A DNA stretch of 64,000 nucleotides from Octopus vulgaris (taxonomy: Eukaryota), in contig OX597840.1 of assembly GCA_951406725.2 (NCBI GenBank), positions 27,280,001-27,344,000 of the forward strand, read 5' to 3'. Shown in pieces: positions 28,411-42,224 of this stretch (positions within the stretch are counted from its first letter, which is position 1; every line of letters begins with the position of its first letter). Made by a program: the position numbers and the translations under genes. The notes under the pieces are model-generated. The model had not been told where the DNA came from. It was given only the letters and a program-made list of their open reading frames with translations, and did no database searches.

Positions 28411-28811
28411 GGATCTTTTCGGTAGGTAACTTAAAAATTTTAAACTTCGTATACTGGTAGAGTGTGTTTATAAAACATCTTTTTCTCCTGGCTTTATTGA
28501 GAAAATTCTATAGTTTGTAAGATATTTGTTGTTTTTTTCTTCAATTTCTGCAATTTCAACCAATCACTAACGTCTATTGAGGAAAAAAAATCATTCTGCA
28601 CCGTATGAATATGTTCCTCGTTTAAGAAACAGATTGGGTTTATTTACATTTGTGAAGAAAAAAAGACACCCTTCCCCTCACCCCAACCCTAACCCTAACC
28701 CTAACCCTAAAACAGATTGAAATGCAATAGATCGATACTAGGGTCATAATTATGGGTGACAATTTCATATGACACCGCTAGAAAAAACTGCCGTTCAAAC
28801 CGAAAAGATTC
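28411..28811. mobile_element. MITE with 13-bp TIRs, 8-bp TSD and internal (CCCTAA)n; Merlin-like
   Basis: TIRs ggatcttttcggt / accgaaaagattc; TSD aaaagcgt at 28403-28410 and 28812-28819; telomeric hexamers at about 28682-28710. Confidence 0.8.
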
Positions 28812-29314
28812 AAAAGCGTCACTAAAATGGACGTGCCAAAAGTTCACATACTCGAAGTAAAATAGATTAATTTTGCGGATATTACGGAGAAGGCCTGTAA
28901 TGAAACTAATATATATCTAACGTTTGTAATATTACGATTTTATCTTGAAGATCGTAGCAATGCCTTGAGCAGGTTGCTGTGTGCGTATTGAATTAGAATA
29001 TAACGTTTTTGCTGGACATGTAATAAGATTTGATTGAACGGTTAATCGATATAATTTATTGATAGAGCTAAAAATAATATGACGAAACACTTGAGTAAGC
29101 CAAGAATATGATTTTTTTGATTTTTGATTTTTTATCTTTTACTTGTTTTAATCATTATACTGCGGCTGGGAAATAACCTTGAAGATTGAGTTTAATCGAA
29201 TAAATCGGCCACACGTTTGTATTATTTTGAAAGTCTGGCACTTATTCTGTCGGTCGCTCTTTTACCAAACTGCTAAGTCATATGAGAGGCATAAATAAGT
29301 ATCACCCGAAGTCA

Positions 29315-29525
29315 TGACGCCATGATAGATCGTTAGCTCCTACACGCATTTTTTTCTCTCCTTGTTTCTCTCCTTGTTTTTTTCTGTGTATCTTTCTGTC
29401 GAAGAGCGTAGGCTCGAAACGTAAAAGACTTGTTCTATTTCTATTCCTGAGCGCCATACTAATACATTTGTTTGTTTGTACTCCGCCTGCCTTCGTCTTT
29501 TGTTTATTTTCGTAAAACTTCCCGT
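29315..29525 (+). mobile_element. Short Penelope-type element, minimal hammerhead family H1
   Basis: tcttt-CTGTCGA-a-gagc-gtag-gctc-GAA-ACGT-A-aaaga at 29391-29428; copies at 31230-31435(+) and 48633-48835(-); ends in (TA)n. Confidence 0.7.
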
Positions 29526-29535
29526 TATATATATA

Positions 29536-29865
29536 TGGGCTCCGTGTGGACAGTCATCTAAAAGTTTTTTTGTGCATCTTGATGCTGACATAAGTTCCTT
29601 GTTTTTCCTGATGAGAAGGCGGCATAATGCACCCCTTATTCCTTCAAAATTAGGAATATGCAGCCTTCGAAACATATGTCGAAAATAAAGGAATTTTGTT
29701 AATTCGTCGTTCAACTCCATTCTTTCATTTATTTGTATTTAAAAAAACACACAAATTTCCACACGATAGTACGTGATCTCTGCCCTAGGCATGTAGCTTC
29801 AACCGTGTTTTTCTGACGTGAATTTGCTACCCAGATATCGGTTAACCGAATTATCCATAATAATA

Positions 29866-29868
<3 letters not shown>
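29536..29868 (+). mobile_element. Penelope-type pseudo-LTR element between (TA)n tracts
   Basis: Same family as 20780-21220, with the same 5' start tatgg(a/g)ctccgtg. Confidence 0.75.
29593..29696 (+). ncRNA. Type I hammerhead ribozyme motif (best-conserved copy)
   Basis: ttcctt..ttttc-CTGATGA-gaaggc...gccttc-GAA-ACATATGT-C/gaaaa..aaggaa; full consensus core, GUC cleavage after 29680. Confidence 0.85.
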
Positions 29869-29919
<51 letters not shown>

Positions 29920-30209
29920 CTTAAAATAAAAACAAAAACACAAATCTTGTAATTACAGCTTCCCGGTCGAAATGATAATTTATTCCGCCATTTATCAAGC
30001 TGAAAAATGATGCAATAAATTATTTCGACCGCGAAACCCTGATTAGCTGTATTTACAATGTTTGTGGGCTTTTTTTTTATTACAAGATCACCTTATAATC
30101 TCCGTAGCTGATCGAGTGCTTTTCTACTTCTTGACGCATTATTACATAATATTTGTGTGTGTGTGTGTGTGTGTGTGATGATGAGATGGTGTGTGTGTGT
30201 GTGTGTGAG

Positions 30210-30250
<41 letters not shown>

Positions 30251-31057
30251 ATGGTGTGTGTGTGATTGTGTGTATTTGTGTGTGTATTTGTGTACGTTTG
30301 TGTGTGTTTGTGTGTACTACAAAAACAAAATGGTGCTTCCTCGTTCATGTATCGTTTTGTATACGCATATCCGATAGTATGGTGACGTTACAGACTTCAG
30401 CCACCGTCTCTGGGATACGTGTATACCAACTAACTTCACAAGCTCAGCTGCTGTTGCGTCCGTCGTCTTATTGATCTGCCGCATATACACCGGCAAAGAT
30501 GGTGATCGATCAGTTACGATATCAGCTTTATTAATCAATACGGTCATGAGAAAATACGATAGAGGCAAAACTCAACATATTGAATACAATTACATATAAA
30601 ATATAATGAGTTTCAGAAATGTTCGATCATCAGACATTTACTACAGGTAATCAGGAGACTCTTAATACTTATAATCAACAGGTGAAAGAAATTTGTTGAC
30701 ATGGCTGGGTGGTTTTTACCTGGTGGTTTTTCGTCCGGTTTTACGTCCTGAGTTCAAATTCTACCGAGGTCAACTTTGCCTTCCATCTTTTCAGGGTTAA
30801 TACAAGGAGTACCAATTGAATATTGGGGTCAATATAACTGACTGGGCTTTCCCCTGAAATTGCTGACGTTCAATTAAATTTCGAAATCATTTTTATTGTT
30901 TTTGTTCTTGCTACTGTTGCTGTTGTTGTTATTGTTGTCGTCTTAGCCTTAAATTACGGGATTTAAAGTCAGCCACTGTTTTTACAAACGATTATGAAAA
31001 CAATGAGACAAACACATGCAAATACACACAGGCACATACATGCATAGATATATACAT

Positions 31058-31095
<38 letters not shown>

Positions 31096-31098
31096 CAG

Positions 31099-31228
<130 letters not shown>

Positions 31229-31229
31229 C

Positions 31230-31435
31230 AGACGCCATGATAGATCGTTAGCCACTACACACATTTTTTTCTCTCGTTGTTTCTCTCGTTGTTTTTTTCT
31301 GTGTATCTTTCTGTGGAAGAGCGTAGGCTCGAAACGTAAAATACTTTTTTCTGTTCCTGAGCACTATACTAATACATTTGTTTGTTTTGTACACCACCTG
31401 CCTTCGTCTTTTGTTTTTTTCGTAAACTTTCCCAT
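31230..31435 (+). mobile_element. H1 family element
   Basis: ctttCTGTGGAagagcgtaggctcGAAACGTAaaa at 31307-31341; flanked by (TA)n. Confidence 0.7.
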
Positions 31436-31556
<121 letters not shown>

Positions 31557-31565
31557 ACACACGTA

Positions 31566-31918
31566 GAGGAGGGTGCTGAAAAAGTTCCTGGTTTTGGTTA
31601 CAACAAACTACATGAGGATCAGTTAATTATGATTTTATTCAACATATTCCCCTCTCAGATTCACACACATATTGCAGCGGTCCTTCATATTTTTTAAGCC
31701 CAGTGAAAGAACTTCGAAGATTGGACCTTCAACAAGGCCTTTAGCGACACCTTAAAAGCCAAGAACTTTTTCCCTCTCAGATTCACACACTTATTGCAGA
31801 GGTCCTTCTGTTTTTCTAATCCATGTAAAAAAAAATCGGTAGGTTGGGCTTCCAACCAACCGATAACCTTTGGAGATATCCTCAAAGCTAGGAACATTTC
31901 AGCACCCCTCACCCCTCG
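31566..31918. mobile_element. Mariner-derived MITE
   Basis: TIRs gagg(a)gggtgctgaaaaagttcctgg / ctaggaacatttcagcacccctc; internal duplication ctctcagattcacacac. Confidence 0.7.
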
Positions 31919-31984
31919 TATATACATGTATATATATACATACATACATACATTCATACATACATACATACATACATACATACA

Positions 31985-32016
<32 letters not shown>

Positions 32017-32729
32017 CATAAAAAAAAAAAAAAAAAAAATATATAAGCACACATACGTATATATACATGTATACACGTATGTTTATAACATAAAAACATG
32101 CGTGTATGCATGTATGTATGTATGTATGTCATTATACAGTTTTATTTCAAGATTTCTTGCCAAAAGAGAAAGAGCTGGTTTCTAACCTAGATTCAAGGCG
32201 CCTTCATTGGAATTTCAACATCAACAACAGGGTATTTTTGTTTGTTTGTATGTATGCATGCATGTATGTATGTATGTATGTATGTATGTATGTATGTATG
32301 TATGTATGTATGTATGTATGTATGTATGTATGTATGTATGTATGTATGTATGTATGTATGTATGTATGTATATATATGTGTGTTTGTGTGTATGCGCAAC
32401 ATGTCTCCCATATCAACTAAATAACGAAATCAAAGAGAGGTTATCTTCATTACTTAGGAAAACAACCAGAGATGATGTTAGAAAGAGAATCCAACAAGAT
32501 CTAGAAAAGAAAAGACTTCAATTCTCTCATACAGTTTCTGTAAACCAATTTCTCTTACAAGGCATGATCTGTCCAAGGGTGTAACAGAAGACAGATACCC
32601 GTGCACTGGGATTGAACTTGAGACGATGTGCTCGTGAAGCAGACTTGTTTCCACAGAGTCACGACTGTATCTATACGTAGAAAACAGCAATAAATATGAT
32701 AGAATATAAATATACACTAAAAATGTGAT

Positions 32730-33050
32730 CAGGGAAAGACAAAGCGGCTATACTTCAAGATATTTGAATCTATACGTAAAGAAAGATCGATATTAAGCGA
32801 CCGGATATTGACAGTTGCTATCAGGAAATTTAGTGCCGCGTAATCGAAGTATCAATAAACGATTATATATATCTTTAAAAGAAATGGCGAAATTATCCAA
32901 ATATAAATATCTTGAAGAAGAAATAGTCAGAATGTGGGGACTAAAGTAGAAATTGTCCGTGAAATAAAAGAAGCCTTCGGAAAGACATAAAAAAATCATT
33001 AACAATATAAATGTAATATAAATGAAGGTTGTGAAATGACAAATTAAATT
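32730..33050 (+). pseudogene. Degenerate RLE-type (R4/Dong-like) LINE 3' fragment
   Basis: KRPDI...IEVS...KEMAKLSKYKYLEEEIVRMWGLK. Confidence 0.7.
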
Positions 33051-33146
33051 TAAATGTTGAAGTGAATCTGACGACGACATTTTTGCGTGTGTATAAATGG
33101 CTTATAAGCATCTTCCACGCTGCAGTTGTTATACATACATACATGC

Positions 33147-33191
<45 letters not shown>

Positions 33192-33401
33192 TATATATAT
33201 ATATATATATATGTTTCTGTACATATACCATATACATATTCATATATATACATATATATATACTGGTTCCTTAAGAGATCAACTCTAAATGTGTCACTGA
33301 CAATGAATATCCCCGAGGAACTACGTTATAGGGTATCACGGGGTTTAAAAATCGGAGTGAGTCCACTCGAACGGACAGCCATGTTAAGGTGGCTCTGAAT
33401 A

Positions 33402-33465
<64 letters not shown>

Positions 33466-33578
33466 GATACTTCAAGGCGGTGCTACAGCATGGCCGCAGT
33501 CAAATGAATGAAACAAATAAAAGAATTAAAAGAAGAGAACATGCATATACACATATAGACACACTACAAGAGAGAGAG

Positions 33579-33675
<97 letters not shown>

Positions 33676-34290
33676 CCTACACATGCTCGTACATCACCAT
33701 ATTGTCCTGAAGCCTTCTCCGTTTGCAAGTTCAGTCACGTTAACTTCTATGTAAGTGTAGATTTAATCTGTTTTAAAGATAAGCGAACGAATATATTACA
33801 GAACGATATAAATTTATTCTTTAAGCTATTAACTTTCCCCCCATCTTCGCCGCCATTTTCTCTCCAAACTTTAATTCCATTTTCAAGCAGAAAAACATAC
33901 TTTTTACAACATCTTGCCAATTTTGTTCTGGATCACATTAGTAAGTCATCAATAGAAAACCGAAAATTTATATATTTTTTTTTAATGTTTATTAAATATG
34001 TTTAACGTTTTACTTCTTTGCATGAAATAAATGGCGAATAATTATAATTATTTTTATTCACTAATAGACGTATTAATTACTCATGTGATCGACGGTGATA
34101 AATTATAATATGCTTATGCATATTCTTTAACGATAAATTTAATTTAATTCTGTGTTTTATAAATGTAAAATTATTATAATTCATAAATTTCGAAATATAA
34201 ATTTGCATACAGGAACTAATTAGTGATCATCTACATATGTCCGTATAGGTATTGCAGTGTAGGATTCAATATACGTATACTTCTGAACTT

Positions 34291-34684
34291 GAGGCGCAAT
34301 GGTCCAGTGGTTAGGGCAGCGGACTCGCGGTCGTAGGATCGCGGTTTCGATTCCCAGACCGGGCGTTGTGAGTGTTTATTGAGCGAAAACACCTAAAAAA
34401 AAGCTCCACGAGGCTCCGGCAGGGGGTGGTGGTGATCCCTGCTGTACTCTTTCACCACAACTTTCTCTCACTATTACTTTCTGTTTCTGTTGTACCTGTA
34501 TTTCAAAGGGCCGGCCTTGTCACTCTCTGTGTCACGCTGAATATCCCCGAGAACTGCGTTGAGGGTACACGTGTCTGTGGAGTGCTCAGCCACTTACACG
34601 TTAATTTCACGAGCAGGCTGTTCCGTTGATCGGATCAACCGGAACCCTCGTCGTCGTAACCGACGGAGTGCTTCCAACAACAAA
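34291..34684 (+). mobile_element. SINE family C, full length
   Basis: A box tggtccagtgg, TCG anticodon-like loop, B box ggtttcgattccc; TSD tctgaact. Confidence 0.9.
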
Positions 34685-34705
34685 CCTCTGAACTAAACAT
34701 TAGTC

Positions 34706-35010
34706 GTGGAGGCACATGGCCTACTGGTTAGAGCAGCTGACTCGCGGTCGAGGGATCACGGGTGCGAATCTCAGACCGGGCGATGTGAGTGTTTATGAGC
34801 GAAACACCTAACTTCCACGCGGTTCCGGCAGAAGGTAATTGCGAACTTCTGCTGACTCTTTCGCCACAAATTTCTCTCACACTTTCCTCCTCCTGCATCT
34901 TGCAGTTCACCTGCGACGGACCGACGTCCCGTCCAGGTGGGGAACCTATACGCCAAGGAAACCGGGAAATCGGCCCTTATGAGCCGGGCGTGGCTCGAGA
35001 AGGAAAGAAG
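34706..35010 (+). mobile_element. SINE family D
   Basis: TSD cattagt; V-domain-like cctgcgacggaccgacgtcccgtccagg. Confidence 0.85.
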
Positions 35011-35072
35011 CATTAGTTGAGTACAGAACGGCACCGAGAAAGGAATAAAAGATTGTGTTAAGAACTTTATTA

Positions 35073-35370
35073 ACTCTTAACTCTTTCACTTGTTTCAGTC
35101 ATTTGACTGCGGCCATGCTGGAGCACCGCCTTTAGTCGAGGAAATCGACCCCGGGACTTATTCTTTGTAGGCCTAGTACTTATTCTATCGGCCTCATTTG
35201 CCGAACCGCTATGTTACGGGGACATAAACACACCAGCATCGGTTGTCAAGCGATGTTGGGGGGACAAACACAGACACACAAACATACACACACATACATA
35301 TACATATATATATATACATATATACGACGGGCTTCTTTCAGTTTCCGTCTACGAGATCCACTCAAAAGGC
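35073..35370 (-). mobile_element. SINE A (head-truncated)
   Basis: Family A tail and middle. Confidence 0.85.
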
Positions 35371-35434
35371 TAATTCTTTTGATATATTTTTCTTTATACA
35401 TAAATTTAAAAATTGAATGGCAAAGTAACTCTGC

Positions 35435-35472
35435 CTTATTATTATTATTATTACTATATTATCATTATTATT

Positions 35473-35543
<71 letters not shown>

Positions 35544-35560
35544 CATTATTATTATTATTA

Positions 35561-35624
<64 letters not shown>

Positions 35625-35632
35625 CATCATCA

Positions 35633-35663
<31 letters not shown>

Positions 35664-35683
35664 ATTATTATTATTATTACTAT

Positions 35684-35757
<74 letters not shown>

Positions 35758-35830
35758 CATTATTATTATTATTATTATTACTATATTATCATTATCATTA
35801 TTATTATTATTACTATTATTATTATTATTA

Positions 35831-35902
<72 letters not shown>
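35435..35902. repeat. (TAT)n microsatellite
   Basis: Directly visible. Confidence 0.95.
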
Positions 35903-36459
35903 TCTAATCAATCCCTGTAGTTCTATTCCCTCCAATTAGTACAAATTCCTTTTGTCAAGGTTTCTGTATCTCTAATTAGTTCTATTAGTACCATTCCTCA
36001 CTTGGTTGATTTTGATTGACAGTTCGGCATTACCCGTTTAAGATGGTAACGATAAAGATAATTAGTACATATCTTTAATCCACGAGCTAATTAGTCGAAA
36101 GCCTCTCATTAATTATATAGACAGTGTCGCCAAACATACCGCTGATCCTTCCTCTATTATATCAATAATTAAACCGCGAACATCTACCGTAGTTCACTAA
36201 TAACAGCGGCAGTCAACTTTAAAACTATTGCCCACGACCACCACCACTTAGTTATTATATCTCTAGATTTACGCTTATTTTTACCTTATTCCATTTTATC
36301 TGATCCTTCGCTTTCAGCTTGTAGCTTTCATTTGCATAACATTAATTTTAATTACAGAATAGTAATTAGGATATTCAGTATATTACATCCTAATTCGGAT
36401 CTTTACGGTATGGCTGCCACTTTTCGATTTCTTAAGTTTTTATACCAATTGACTTGGGC

Positions 36460-36612
36460 CGTTGGCGATTTCCTCCCCTTCTTTGGACATTTCGCTTTCT
36501 CCTTTCCGAAGAAGAGCTATGCTCGAAACGTTAAACTCTCTCCTTTCACTGAGCGTCAAGCTAATACACTTCTTCTACACGCCCTCACGTTCGTTGTTTT
36601 TCTTCAATTTTA
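36460..36612 (+). mobile_element. H2 family element
   Basis: ctttCCGAAGAagagctatgctcGAAACGTTaaac at 36502-36536. Confidence 0.65.
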
Positions 36613-36624
36613 TATAGATAGATG

Positions 36625-37247
36625 AGTTTCTTTATTGGCCACACAGGGCTGCACACAGATGGGACAAATTACAAGGTAGAGCTTTTCTTTTGGTGGATGA
36701 AAAAAAAGGTGGCGTAGTTTTCGAGCAAAAGGGATCGTAAAAGGGAAAAAAGAAAAAAAGAAAAAAAGGAAAAGAAACAAAAGAAAAGAAAAAAGAAGAA
36801 AAAAGAGGAAAAAAACGATCAATAGGGATCGTGTATCACAGTGTCATGATGTACGGTGTAAAGGGGGAAGCAGATAAGGTTTATCCGTGGGAAGAAAAGC
36901 CTACGAAAAATACCACGGTAACCTCGGTCAATATTGTTATATGTTACCACATTTGTTTGCAAGTGAGTAACCCTCTGTTTTCAATTTCTGGGTTCATAGG
37001 ATTATGCTCAAGGTGGCTTCGTCATTCATACGTGCCATCCTTGCTACATTCACCCATCTTTTTTTAAAACATTCGCTAGACAAAACTTGCCTCTCTACTC
37101 TCGCTTTCCTTTTCAAGTGGTACTTGAAGAAGTTGATGAGAGATTGACCAGAGAGGAAAGTGTTTGTCTCCAATCCTTTCAGACGCGTCCACCAGATACA
37201 TTCTTTCGCCATAGCCACAAGGATGATGAAAATAGCTCTTCCTTCCC
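36625..37247 (-). mobile_element. Tx1/L1-clade retrotransposon copy 2, between GATA repeats
   Basis: ORF2 end ...KRWVNVARMARMNDEATLSIIL* (stop at 36994); the 5' truncation abuts (AGAT)n at 37248. Confidence 0.85.
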
Positions 37248-37261
37248 AGATAGATAGATAT

Positions 37262-37335
<74 letters not shown>

Positions 37336-37368
37336 GGATGGATGGATGGATGGATGGATAGATAGATA

Positions 37369-37659
37369 AGTTTCTTTATTGGCCACACAGGGCTGCACAC
37401 AGATGGGACAAGTTACAAGGTAGAGCTTTTCTTTTGGGGGATGAAAAAACAAAAAAACAAAAAAAAGGGGTGTGGCGTAGGTTTTCGATCAAGAGGGATC
37501 GTAAAAGGGAAGAAAAGAACAAAAAAAATAAATAAATAAAATAAAAAAGAATAAAGAAAAATAAAGAAAAGAAAAGGAAAAGGAACAAAAGAAAAGAGAA
37601 ATGAAAAAAGAAGAAAAAAGGGGAAAAAAGGGGAAGAGGAAAAAAAAACGATCTTTAGG

Positions 37660-37662
<3 letters not shown>
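37369..37662 (-). mobile_element. Tx1/L1-clade retrotransposon copy 3 (3'UTR only), between GATA repeats
   Basis: Same 3' terminus; (GATA)n on both sides. Confidence 0.85.
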
Positions 37663-37735
<73 letters not shown>

Positions 37736-38685
37736 AATAACGATGGAGGCTGATTTAGACTTAAGCAAAAGGATGGACTTCTACTTAAGAAATTATTATT
37801 TTAGTAGAAATATTTTGTATGCAATTAAGCGTTTGTATGTGAATGTACGTGTATGAAGGTGTCTGAGAAAATTCCAATGAGGTGTGTATATGGATGTGTG
37901 TGTGTGTGTTTGTGTGAGCGTTGGTGCTGTTATCAATGTCATTAGAAGAACGCACCCGTCCTTCAGAATTAGCCGTGCATGAAATTCAAACAGCTTATGC
38001 CACTCCAATCTGCACTTAACGACTAGTACCAACACAAATACCATTGTCCTTAACAACCAAGCATCCCTCGTTACATCATTCCCTATTAATTCTTCCTATC
38101 CTTTTTAATTCGAATAATTTATTTATTTTCCTGTTTTTATCACATGGTTTATTCATTCAGATTCTACGGGATGGTCAGCCTCATTCATCATTAGAAAGCA
38201 AATCTTAATGAGAAATTAAATTTTTGATTTCGTTTTTGTTTGTTTTTTTCTATTTCAATCTATTTTTTATCTGATTTTGTATTTATTTACTTAACCTCTT
38301 TCTGATAGTACACTCCATATATGGTACTTCCAGTATTTTTTAATGAGTGAACTCTGGCGAATATACTCTATGGTCTGTGACTATATGTTGAAACTATTTG
38401 CAATTTTATGTCAGAGACTGTTCTTTTGAACGCTTATGAAATGTTCTGGTGTCTAGTCTGTTCATTATGCTAAAGAATAATTATATGTGAATGTGTGTGT
38501 GCGTTACTGCGTGTATGTATGTATATATGTGTGCGGGATGATGTAGTGTCGATGGTGTAAATAACACAAATTATGAAACAGCTGTCAACAAAATAAATAT
38601 CTATTCTCATACTTTTTTCTCTGATGAGATTAATCTATACTTTCATGCACACATACATGCAGAGATATATATTCATGTGTGTATA

Positions 38686-39545
38686 CAAGGTCTGATTAAT
38701 AAGTATCCGGACTGTTGCCATAGTAACGAAGCTAAATCACGCAGGGTAAAGCCGCTTGGCGAAGATTGACCTGGTATTCTGCTGTGCATGCGCACTAAGC
38801 GTTAATGTTCTAGTTTACTTCCGCTTGGAAAGAAAGTGTGTAGCGTATGATCGTCGCACAGAAAGTTGTCATGGCCGTACCTACTCAGAGACCTACGCAA
38901 AGTTGCAGAAAGTGTATGGAGAGGAGTGTATGAGCCGCTCACAATTGTACGAGTGATTCAGACGTTTGGGAGATGCCCGAAAAAGTGTCGATATTGATGA
39001 AACATTTTGGGGAATCTGCAACCAGTAGAACTGAGAAAACTATCGCAGATATACATGCAGCTATGAGGGGAAATTGTCGAATCACCATCCGTGAGTTATC
39101 AGAGGAGGTGCAGATTAATTACGGTTTAGTTAATTATCACTGAAGATTTGGGCATGAGACGCGTGTCTGCTAATTTTGCGCCAAACTGCTTTCAGCTGAC
39201 CAAAAAGACACTCGGGTTTCAGTTGTACAAGATCGCCTTAATTGTGTCAAGAACGATGAAAATTTTTTGAAAACTTTGCGTAGGCCTCTGAGCAAGAATA
39301 GCCAAGCTTTCGATAAAATTGATGCAGATTCTCTGCTCAGATTTCTTTGTCATGTTCAATGCGATGGTCACACACTACACACCTTTCTTCCAAGCACTGG
39401 TGTACACAGCGGAAGTGGGAACGTTAAACCTTATTGCGCGTGCATAGCAGAGTACAAAGTCGGTCTGTACCAAGTGGCTTTGCTCGGCGTGCTTTAGCTT
39501 CGTTACTATGGCAACAGTCGATATACTTATTGATCAGATCACGTG
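38686..39545 (+). mobile_element. Non-autonomous mariner with long TIRs and an N-terminal transposase relic
   Basis: TA-flanked TIRs ...tctgat(t/c)aataagtat..gactgttgccatagtaacgaagctaaa extending about 180 bp; peptides SETYAKLQKVYGEECMSRSQLYE*FRR, RITIRELSEEV and TEDLGMRRVSA. Confidence 0.85.
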
Positions 39546-39564
39546 TATATATAAATATATATTT

Positions 39565-39651
<87 letters not shown>

Positions 39652-39663
39652 TGTGTGTGTGTA

Positions 39664-39858
39664 CCGTTGGCGATTTTTTTTTCCTCCGTCTTCCTTTCTC
39701 TGGATCTTTCCTTTTCCTATGTTTCTGACGAAGAGCTCCGATCGAAACGTTAAACCCTCCTTCTTTCCTTCTTTCCTGAGCGTCCAATAATACTATGCTT
39801 GTTCTACGTCCTCGCGTTGTTGTGTTTTCTCTTTGTGTTTTCATGTTTGGATTAACTA
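39664..39858 (+). mobile_element. H2 family element with a minimal hammerhead
   Basis: gttt-CTGACGA-a-gagctccgatc-GAA-ACGT-T-aaac at 39721-39755; ends in (TA)n. Confidence 0.7.
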
Positions 39859-39875
39859 TATATATATATATATAT

Positions 39876-40101
39876 CTTTACTACCCACAAGGGGCTAAAC
39901 ACAGAGGGGACAAACAAGGACAGACAAAGGGATTAAGTCGATTACATCGACCCCAGTGCGTAACTGGTACTTTATTTATCGACCCCGAAAGGATGAAAGG
40001 CAAAGTCGACCTCGGCGGAATTTGAACCCAAAACGTAACGGCAGACGAAATACGGCTACGCATTTCGCCCGGCGTGCTAACGTTTCTGCCAGCTCGCCGC
40101 C
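39876..40101 (-). mobile_element. SINE family B monomer
   Basis: Full reverse copy. Confidence 0.9.
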
Positions 40102-40134
40102 TTCAACTATATATATATGTGTGTGTTTGCGTGC

Positions 40135-40210
<76 letters not shown>

Positions 40211-40535
40211 ATATATATATTTTTTATTCGAGTTGATACCTTGTAGTACGCCGTTCAAAGCCTCTACTGGTATTCGGCTATCTGATGTCATTCACAATAT
40301 GTAGGTATATGCCACTGGTTTTACTTCAGAAATTCCTTCCTGACCATAGATTTTAGAAAAATATGAGACAAAGATAAAGGATATGGGAGTCACGAGACTC
40401 TTTACGATTCTCTACGATCGTTTCGACCCATCAGGCATCTGTGCCCCACGGGTAAGAAGCTACACAAGCATTTGTGATGTATCATTGATGCGAATGTGTC
40501 TCATCAGGTGGCTTCACAAATAGTAATTCGTTTTG

Positions 40536-40920
40536 TGGAGGCGCAATGGCTCAGTGGTTAGGGCAGCGGACTCGCGGTCATAGGATCGCGGTTTCGATTC
40601 CCAGACCGGGCGTTGTGAGTGTTTATTGAGCGAAAACACCTAAAAGCTCCACGAGGCTCCGGCAGGGGATGGTGGTGATCCCTGCTGTACTCTTTCACCA
40701 CGACTTTCTCTCACTCTTACTTCCTGTTTCTGTTGTACCTGTATTTCAAAGGGCCGGCCTTGTCACTCTCTGTGTCACGCTGAATATGCCCGAGAACTAC
40801 GTTAAGGGTACACGTGTCTGTGGAGTGCTCAGCCACTTACACTCTAATTTCACGAGCAGGCTGTTCCGTTGATTCGGATCAACCGGAACCCTCACCGTCG
40901 TAACCGACGGAGTGCTTCCA
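40536..40920 (+). mobile_element. SINE family C, full length
   Basis: TSD agta(a/c)ttcgtttt. Confidence 0.9.
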
Positions 40921-41381
40921 ATCCAGTACTTCGTTTTAAAATCGTTCTGCTTATTTCTATTAGAATACGTTTTGGTAGTTGTGTGTTACTCGTCTTCACG
41001 AGGGACTGGTGTTATAAGGTGGAATAATTCTCCTATAAGCAACAAGATGACTTGAAATAAACCAGAATATAATAAACTAAAAATAAAGATATAAAATAAA
41101 TAAATGATTCTACTACTAAGTTAGACACCGATAATAAAATGGCGTTAATTAGGACCATAAAATAACCATAAAACGGAACAGTACAAAAGCAATCGAATTT
41201 TTCAAATTGACCTAAGCTGACATTTGATTGAGAAATACGGTGAGAGAGAGAGAGAGTGGGGGATATATGTAAGTGTAGAAAGAGGGAAGAAGGAGAGGAG
41301 AAAACTTGTTGTTGCGTGAGAAATACAGTGAGAGAGTGTGTGGAAAATATAGATCGATAGATAGACAGACAGACAGACGGT

Positions 41382-41906
<525 letters not shown>

Positions 41907-41920
41907 CAATTTCAATTTCA

Positions 41921-42012
<92 letters not shown>

Positions 42013-42176
42013 ACAGGCAGACAGGCGTGTAGGTAGGCAGGTAGGTAGGTAGATAGGTAAATATGTAGATAGGTAGCTAGTGTTGTCACCTTAGTAACTA
42101 ACAAATCTTGATTTAAAATGCGGGAATTTTAAGTGCAAGTCTGTCAACAAAACGCAACAGAGATTTCAAACAAAGG

Positions 42177-42224
<48 letters not shown>

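Noticed and set aside
28682-28710. Telomere or chromosome-fusion scar
   Set aside because: Only about 4 units, internal to a TIR/TSD-bounded element.
34291-34365. tRNA-Arg-like sequence (also the other SINE heads)
   Set aside because: Always continues into a SINE body with a TSD; acceptor stem not intact.
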